NCBI GenBank assembly: GCA_038227875.1
Contig: JBBRPR010000080.1
Coordinates: 1-35,127, forward strand
Origin: Planctomycetota bacterium
GTDB taxonomy: Bacteria; Planctomycetota; SZUA-567; H5-PLA8
DNA length: 35,127 nucleotides
Reading direction: 5' to 3'
In this document: piece after piece, positions 35,016 to 35,127 of the stretch
How the letters are laid out: each line of letters begins with the position of its first letter
Position numbering within the stretch: position 1 is the stretch's first letter
The notes under the pieces: generated by a model
Database searches by the model: none
Told to the model about the DNA's origin: nothing
Seen by the model: the letters and a program-made list of their open reading frames with translations, nothing else
Program-made: the position numbers and the translations under genes

Positions 35016-35127
35016 GTGGCGGTTTAAGTCTGCGGCACCCGGCCTGTGTTTGACTGCACCTCTACTCAGAGGTGCAGGTTACTTACTCCTCCTCCTGCTT
35101 CAAGTTTCAACGTGCTCTGCGTTCCTC
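34988..35127 (-). mobile_element. End of an IS21-family insertion sequence (probably the right end), continuing beyond the window
   Basis: Begins TGTAAACGCC, with CGGTTTAA repeated at 34997 and 35020 (23-bp period), as in IS21 multi-repeat ends. Hairpin at 35054-35077; a minus-strand frame ends ...EERRAR*. Confidence 0.7.

Overview
GC-rich bacterial chromosomal window, most likely Planctomycetota or a related PVC lineage. This is inferred from secreted HEAT-repeat proteins, a DUF1570-like HExxH protein, an ECF sigma/FecR-type anti-sigma pair and heptamer intergenic repeats. From left to right it holds: (1) a minus-strand uspA / NtrC-type regulator / ackA / xfp operon, with xfp truncated at its 3' end; (2) a GbsR-type regulator and a pyroglutamyl peptidase with a signal peptide; (3) a sigma54-promoter-driven type IV pilus accessory operon with three minor pilins carrying Ca-binding-type loops, a small membrane protein, a GAF-PilB/GspE ATPase and a PilZ-MshEN-PilZ protein; (4) metK with a highly structured, switch-like 5' leader; (5) a TIM-barrel isomerase, an HExxH protein, and araC-phyH followed by a 379-bp nested inverted-repeat element, then malQ; (6) an ECF sigma/anti-sigma pair flanked by AT-richer orphan genes, and two HEAT-repeat genes; (7) a decayed island with a large serine recombinase remnant, an ArsR-type regulator with three SRPBCC genes, a PAS hybrid kinase, and a small gene cut by an IS21-family end. 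No rRNA, tRNA or CRISPR array was seen. The best candidates for new biology are the metK leader (possible new SAM riboswitch), the c-di-GMP/GAF-regulated pilus module and the covarying nested repeat. All family assignments come from motif recognition by eye; no database searches were run.
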